A stretch of 21,637 nt of DNA. Source: Candidatus Asgardarchaeum abyssi (GTDB lineage: Archaea > Asgardarchaeota > Asgardarchaeia > Asgardarchaeales > Asgardarchaeaceae). The notes below the pieces were generated by a model. That model saw only the letters and a program-made list of their open reading frames with translations. It ran no database searches and was not told the DNA's origin. Position numbers and translations under genes: made by a program. Of this stretch, positions 17,914-21,637 are shown in pieces (position 1 is the stretch's first letter; each line of letters starts with the position of its first letter). The stretch spans positions 1 to 21,637 of the forward strand of contig JBECUL010000037.1 of assembly GCA_040225955.1 (NCBI GenBank), in the 5' to 3' direction.

Positions 17914-18633
17914 TTATTCCTTTGTTAGTCTTATCATATAATCTACCACATACTCTTCAAGTAGATCATCAAAGGATTCCGGTTTATCTTCTTGTATCTT
18001 ATAAACATCAATACTTATTTCTTTATCCTTCTTTTTTATGTCATCAACTATATTATTAATGTCATCATCATCAATAATATTCATGTTTGGATCTTTTGAC
18101 AGTATCCCAATTAAAGAGAACTCATTGCAGTACTTCCTTGCTTCATTTATGAATTTTATTGCACTCTTGAGAGATGCAGGTTCTGAATATCTGAAGAATA
18201 CTATAACTCGCTGTGCACCATAATAAAACTTTGGCCGGATATGATGAAATCTATCATTTCCGTTAAGATGAAAAACTTGTAAAATTACCAAATATGTAGT
18301 TCTATCCTTCTCAAGAAGCAGCCTCGGGAGATAAAAATCAACCCCTATAAATAACAAATCCTGGAAACCCTTCTTAACGGAATCAAAATATTTACTCCTA
18401 TTAACTAGCTTTCGTACATCTTCTAATCTATCACCAATTAAAATAAACTTCAGATAAACAAGTCCTTTTTCTTTTATACTTTCTATGGGTTCTTCAGGAG
18501 GTATTCTTATTTTTATATCGAATGGATATTTTTTAGAGGCATCCTTATCACCTTTCGAATATCTCAAACTATGCACAAAAGTAGTACCAAGACATTCCTT
18601 GTAATTCTCCTTACTTTGTTCATCTCTTCTCAT
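17914..18633 (-). CDS. Rab-like small GTPase homologue with degenerate nucleotide-binding motifs
   Basis: LKFILIGD, IGVDF, ILQVFHLNGNDRFHHIRPKFYYGA, VIVFF...PASL follow the Rab G-domain order. There is no GKT/S, DxxG or NKxD. Confidence 0.75.
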   Translation of the reverse strand: MRRDEQSKENYKECLGTTFVHSLRYSKGDKDASKKYPFDIKIRIPPEEPIESIKEKGLVYLKFILIGDRLEDVRKLVNRSKYFDSVKKGFQDLLFIGVDFYLPRLLLEKDRTTYLVILQVFHLNGNDRFHHIRPKFYYGAQRVIVFFRYSEPASLKSAIKFINEARKYCNEFSLIGILSKDPNMNIIDDDDINNIVDDIKKKDKEISIDVYKIQEDKPESFDDLLEEYVVDYMIRLTKE

Positions 18634-18879
18634 TGTAGCCGCTCCTTGCTATTTGCAAGTATGTTATTATATACCTAACATAGCTAACTATTATATTAAC
18701 CTTATTACTAATTATTTTGCGAAATTTAGAAATAAATATTTTAGTAATCGGATATACTTACATCTTTTACAAATATAAAACATTTTTGCAAGTAACTTTT
18801 GTTTTAAAGAAAGAACATTTCAACGATAATAAATACTTAAACCTTGATGATAAAATTCCTCTGGCAACTCCTTCTATTT

Positions 18880-19446
18880 TCATTCAATGGGTTTTTTAAT
18901 TTCATATGGTTTCCATCCATGTCTTTGGCGAAAGTCATTAATAAGTTTAATCGCTTTTTCTTTTTCTTCCTTAGGCATCTTTTTACTTCTCAAGACACCC
19001 ATAAATAAAACGTATGTTCTCGCTTGTATGGTTCTTGGTGAAATCTCATGCTTTAAATCCTCCTCCATCTCATCAAGGATCGCCTTCACTTCCTCAGCAT
19101 GGCTTAATCCTTTCGCCCCTATGTCACGCACTTGCCATCCTAAGTATAAGTGACCCTTGTTAACGACGATAAATTTACCATCTTCATAAGTTATTCTTCC
19201 TTTGGTAATTCTATCATAAAACTCCCAGTTGTCTGCCCACTCTGGGTTTCTTTTTCTTAATTCCTTAAGCACAAATCTTCTAATTTCAGTGGTTCTCATC
19301 CCATCTGTGACCTTCTTCTCAATCTCATCTGCTATTTCGTGAGCATCCTTTTCTGTTGCTCCTGCATTCATACAGCTTCTGACTATTTTCTCTTTATCAA
19401 AATCTTCCTCTCTACCATCTACTTTTATAACTCTAATTTTCGCCAT
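18880..19446 (-). CDS. ATP-cone domain protein with unknown C-terminal domain
   Basis: VIKVDGREEDFDKEKIVRSC..AGA...TTEIR..V...L is an ATP cone. GAGGTGG ribosome-binding site upstream. Confidence 0.85.
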   Translation of the reverse strand: MAKIRVIKVDGREEDFDKEKIVRSCMNAGATEKDAHEIADEIEKKVTDGMRTTEIRRFVLKELRKRNPEWADNWEFYDRITKGRITYEDGKFIVVNKGHLYLGWQVRDIGAKGLSHAEEVKAILDEMEEDLKHEISPRTIQARTYVLFMGVLRSKKMPKEEKEKAIKLINDFRQRHGWKPYEIKKPIE

Positions 19447-19539
19447 GTTACCACCTCAAGTTTGATTATCCTCTATTAGTTTAAAAACTAATTAATTCCA
19501 ATCAATAAAATATTCATTTTATAAAGTGACTTTAAAATT

Positions 19540-19893
19540 TTACTCGAAAAGTAAGTTGTAATACTCCAAAAGCAGATCTTTTTCTCCTTCGACCTTAAAT
19601 TTGCCAGCAAAGTATGCAGAAAAAACATTCTGGTTTTTATTTAATATGTCTAAAACTACCTCTTTTTTTGCTGAAATTATTATATTTGGCACTATGTCTT
19701 CTTCAGCATCGACTTGTAATATCTCTATTGTGCCTCTTTTGAGTATTAATAACAAACCTTTGTTTTCATCAGTAATCTTTAATTTTACAATCAAATTAAG
19801 ACTTTTAAGTCTGTCAAGTTTCTTAGGATCCTTTAAAATGTTATTCTTTCTTTGCTTCAGAATTTCAATTAAATCATCCACCAATATCACCAA
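19540..19893 (-). CDS. SCP2 sterol/lipid-binding domain protein
   Basis: PNIIISA....LDIL.....FSAYFAGKFKVEG matches the SCP2 C-terminal pattern. Confidence 0.75.
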   Translation of the reverse strand: MVILVDDLIEILKQRKNNILKDPKKLDRLKSLNLIVKLKITDENKGLLLILKRGTIEILQVDAEEDIVPNIIISAKKEVVLDILNKNQNVFSAYFAGKFKVEGEKDLLLEYYNLLFE

Positions 19894-19929
19894 CTAATGA
19901 AAATAATAAATAATAAATAAAATCTTTAA

Positions 19930-19956
19930 TAAAGAAGTAAAAGAAAAGAAGGGTTC
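19930..19956 (-). terminator. Pyrimidine/T-rich archaeal terminator after the permease gene
   Basis: Minus strand reads GAACCCTTCTTTTCTTTTACTTCTTTA right after the stop codon. Confidence 0.4.
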
Positions 19957-20958
19957 TTAGTCGTATTTTATACGTGGATCTAGCCAGCCGTAAAGTAAGT
20001 CTGTGATAAAGTTTGCAAGGACAACTGAAATTGCTATGAAGTAGAATACTGCTTGTGCTACTGGCCAGTCCTCTCTAATAAGAGCCTCATAAATATACCT
20101 ACCAAGACCATACCACGAAAACACTGTTTCTGTAAGTGTTGCACCAGTCCAAAGGGTTGCTATACTAAGTGTAATTACTGTAATCATTGGTAGGAATGCA
20201 TTTTTCAAAGCATGTTTATATAAAACTGTTCTTTCATCGAGTCCTTTAGCTCTTGCAGTGACTATGTAATCCTCTGTTAGAACGTCCATTAAGCTGCTTC
20301 TCATAAGGATTAACCAACCACCAAATCCACCTATTGTCAAGACGGCTGCTGGTGTTGCAAGATGCCATAGGAAATCAAGAAATCTGGCTACAGGGTCTGA
20401 AGGGATCGGAACTGATTGAACACCACCTAATGGTACTAATTTTAAATAATAGCCAAAAATTAATAGGGCCACTAGACCAAGCCAAAATATTGGAATTGCG
20501 TAAATTGTCAAAGAAAGTGTAACTAAACCAACATCTATCTTCGTTCCATGCTTAGCCGCAGCAATAACACCTAATATTATACCAATAACCATCGCCGCTA
20601 TAGTTGCAACTCCCATGAGCCAAAGAGTATTCGGTAGTCTTTCCATAATACCTTCAATAACTGGTCGGGATTCGGTAAATGAAATTCCGAAGTTAAATGT
20701 TAGTGTATTAATCATGTAAGAAATGAAATAATCAACCCAGGTCCAAAAATCAGCATTAGGAGGTGGAATTCCCCATTGTCTTCTTAAAGCCTCAGCTCTT
20801 TTGGGATCTACTCTTTCGCCAAAGATATACTGATGAGCTGGATCAATGCCAAACAAGAAGGTATTGAGCCTAAAGATGAAAAAGTTAAAGGCAACAACTA
20901 CAATTACAAGCAAGATGCTGTTTATTGTCCTTCGCAGAACATATTCCTTCAAGCCCAT
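19957..20958 (-). CDS. Peptide/nickel ABC transporter permease (OppB/DppB type)
   Basis: FNFGISF, ERLPNTL, IPIFWLG, EAA loop EDYIVTARAKGL...KHALKNA, TETVFSWYGLG, DLLYGWLDPRIKY. Confidence 0.95.
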   Translation of the reverse strand: MGLKEYVLRRTINSILLVIVVVAFNFFIFRLNTFLFGIDPAHQYIFGERVDPKRAEALRRQWGIPPPNADFWTWVDYFISYMINTLTFNFGISFTESRPVIEGIMERLPNTLWLMGVATIAAMVIGIILGVIAAAKHGTKIDVGLVTLSLTIYAIPIFWLGLVALLIFGYYLKLVPLGGVQSVPIPSDPVARFLDFLWHLATPAAVLTIGGFGGWLILMRSSLMDVLTEDYIVTARAKGLDERTVLYKHALKNAFLPMITVITLSIATLWTGATLTETVFSWYGLGRYIYEALIREDWPVAQAVFYFIAISVVLANFITDLLYGWLDPRIKYD

Positions 20959-21083
20959 TATCTACACCCCGAAAGCTTAAGGGCATGAAAACTTGCACAT
21001 AGTATTTCATTATTTCAATACAAAGAATCAACTTATTTTATTAAAATATTTTGTAAAGAAATGTTGACTATGGAAATAAAAAG

Positions 21084-21233
21084 TCAAAGTTCGATCAATC
21101 CCGCGAATCTTTTTAATATATCCGTTCTAGTAACGATACCAATTTTTCCCTCACTATCTATAACAATAAGGCAACCGACATTTAAGCTTACCATTTTCTT
21201 AATAACGTTAAATATATCTTCATTTTCATTTAC
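21084..21233 (-). pseudogene. 3' fragment of a CBS-domain gene cut by an IS insertion
   Basis: VNENEDIFNVIKKMVSLNVGCLIVIDSEGKIGIVTRTDILKRFAGLIEL* is a CBS motif. Upstream the frame runs into IS DNA and meets a stop at 21327-21329 with no ATG. Confidence 0.8.
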
Positions 21234-21310
21234 AAGAATACCGCAGAAAGCCCCCAGATTATATCTGGGGATGAATGCAGTCTGGGAGGGAGGGGCTGGG
21301 TGGTGGGAAC

Positions 21311-21452
21311 TGCTTTGTTGAACAATTCAATGAATGGTTGCGTAATGTTATAATAGTATCGCTGATAAATGTGTTATATGCGATATCATAATAACTTGCT
21401 CTAAATTCCGATTTCATAACTTCAATATAACAATGTTTTGGTCAACAAAGCA
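21311..21452. mobile_element. 142-bp MITE-like element nested in the IS
   Basis: Terminal inverted repeats TGCTTTGTTGA...TCAACAAAGCA (11/11; 18/22 when extended), flanked by the direct repeat GTGGGAAC at 21303-21310 and 21453-21460. Confidence 0.8.
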
Positions 21453-21510
21453 GTGGGAACGCAAAATTTTAAAAACAACAAAGCAAACAAAAGAAGAAAT
21501 GTGAGTAGCC

Positions 21511-21637
21511 ATGCCAAGACGCAAACACGCCAAATGGAGAATAACGTACCACATCGTCTGGATACCAAAGTACAGGAAGAAGATTCTGAAAGGCCGCATC
21601 GCAGAAACACTGAGAAAAGCGATAATGGACAAGACCA
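21511..21637 (+). CDS. tnpA: IS200/IS605 Y1 (HUH) transposase, 5' partial
   Basis: MPRRKHAKWRITYHIVWIPKYRKKILKGRIAETLRKAIMDKT contains the YH.VW.PKYR..IL signature. TATA-like TTTTAAAAA at about 21467-21475. Confidence 0.92.
   Translation, partial: MPRRKHAKWRITYHIVWIPKYRKKILKGRIAETLRKAIMDKT

Larger units (their letters stand above)
21234..21637 (+). mobile_element. IS200/IS605-family insertion sequence, left part
   Basis: TTAC at 21230-21233, AAAG at 21247-21250, perfect hairpin CCCCAGAT-TAT-ATCTGGGG at 21252-21270, then tnpA. The boundary is inferred and could be up to about 10 nt further right. Confidence 0.85.

Noticed and set aside
17823-18899. Small plus-strand ORFs 17823-18059 and 18717-18899
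   Set aside because: Low-complexity AT-rich intergenic or antisense frames with no support.
2212-20522. Numerous short antisense or overlapping ORFs in the track (e.g. 3498-3971, 7176-7652, 8925-9293, 12533-12916, 19601-19897)
   Set aside because: They are shadows of well-supported genes on the opposite strand or frame, with no motifs of their own.
21061-21632. Track ORFs 21061-21321 (+), 21414-21632 (-) and 21422-21610 (-)
   Set aside because: They are antisense to the real CBS fragment and tnpA, and they cross element junctions.
1-21637. tRNA, rRNA, C/D-box sRNA or a full CRISPR array
   Set aside because: No cloverleaf, rRNA-like tract, convincing box C/D pair or regularly spaced repeats were seen by eye. 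A covariance-model search would be needed to exclude small RNAs.

Overview
AT-rich archaeal DNA, judged from archaeal-type CoA enzymes, isopentenyl phosphate kinase, an ADP-dependent sugar kinase, TATA/BRE promoters and GGTG/GAGG ribosome-binding sites. A Rab-like G-domain protein suggests an Asgard-related lineage (inference). Most of the window is metabolic: an F420-type LLM oxidoreductase, a metallophosphoesterase, a HAD hydrolase, IPK next to a phytol/dolichol-kinase-like enzyme, coaBC, ModE/Mop, panE, phosphopantothenate synthetase, ADP-glucokinase and an oligopeptide permease. The standout observations are: (1) a Pch2/TRIP13-type AAA+ ATPase with no HORMA or CD-NTase partner in the window, convergent with a large regulator carrying a degenerate IrrE/ImmA-like domain and two Lrp/AsnC modules; (2) a Rab-like pseudoGTPase that keeps Rab family motifs but has lost its nucleotide-binding motifs; (3) a candidate two-kinase isoprenoid-alcohol salvage route; (4) an ArsR-type regulator whose membrane domain is out of frame at a T6 tract; (5) at the right edge, a CBS gene interrupted by an IS200/IS605 element that itself contains a 142-bp MITE with an 8-bp target-site duplication. 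All family calls are by motif recognition from memory; no searches were run.
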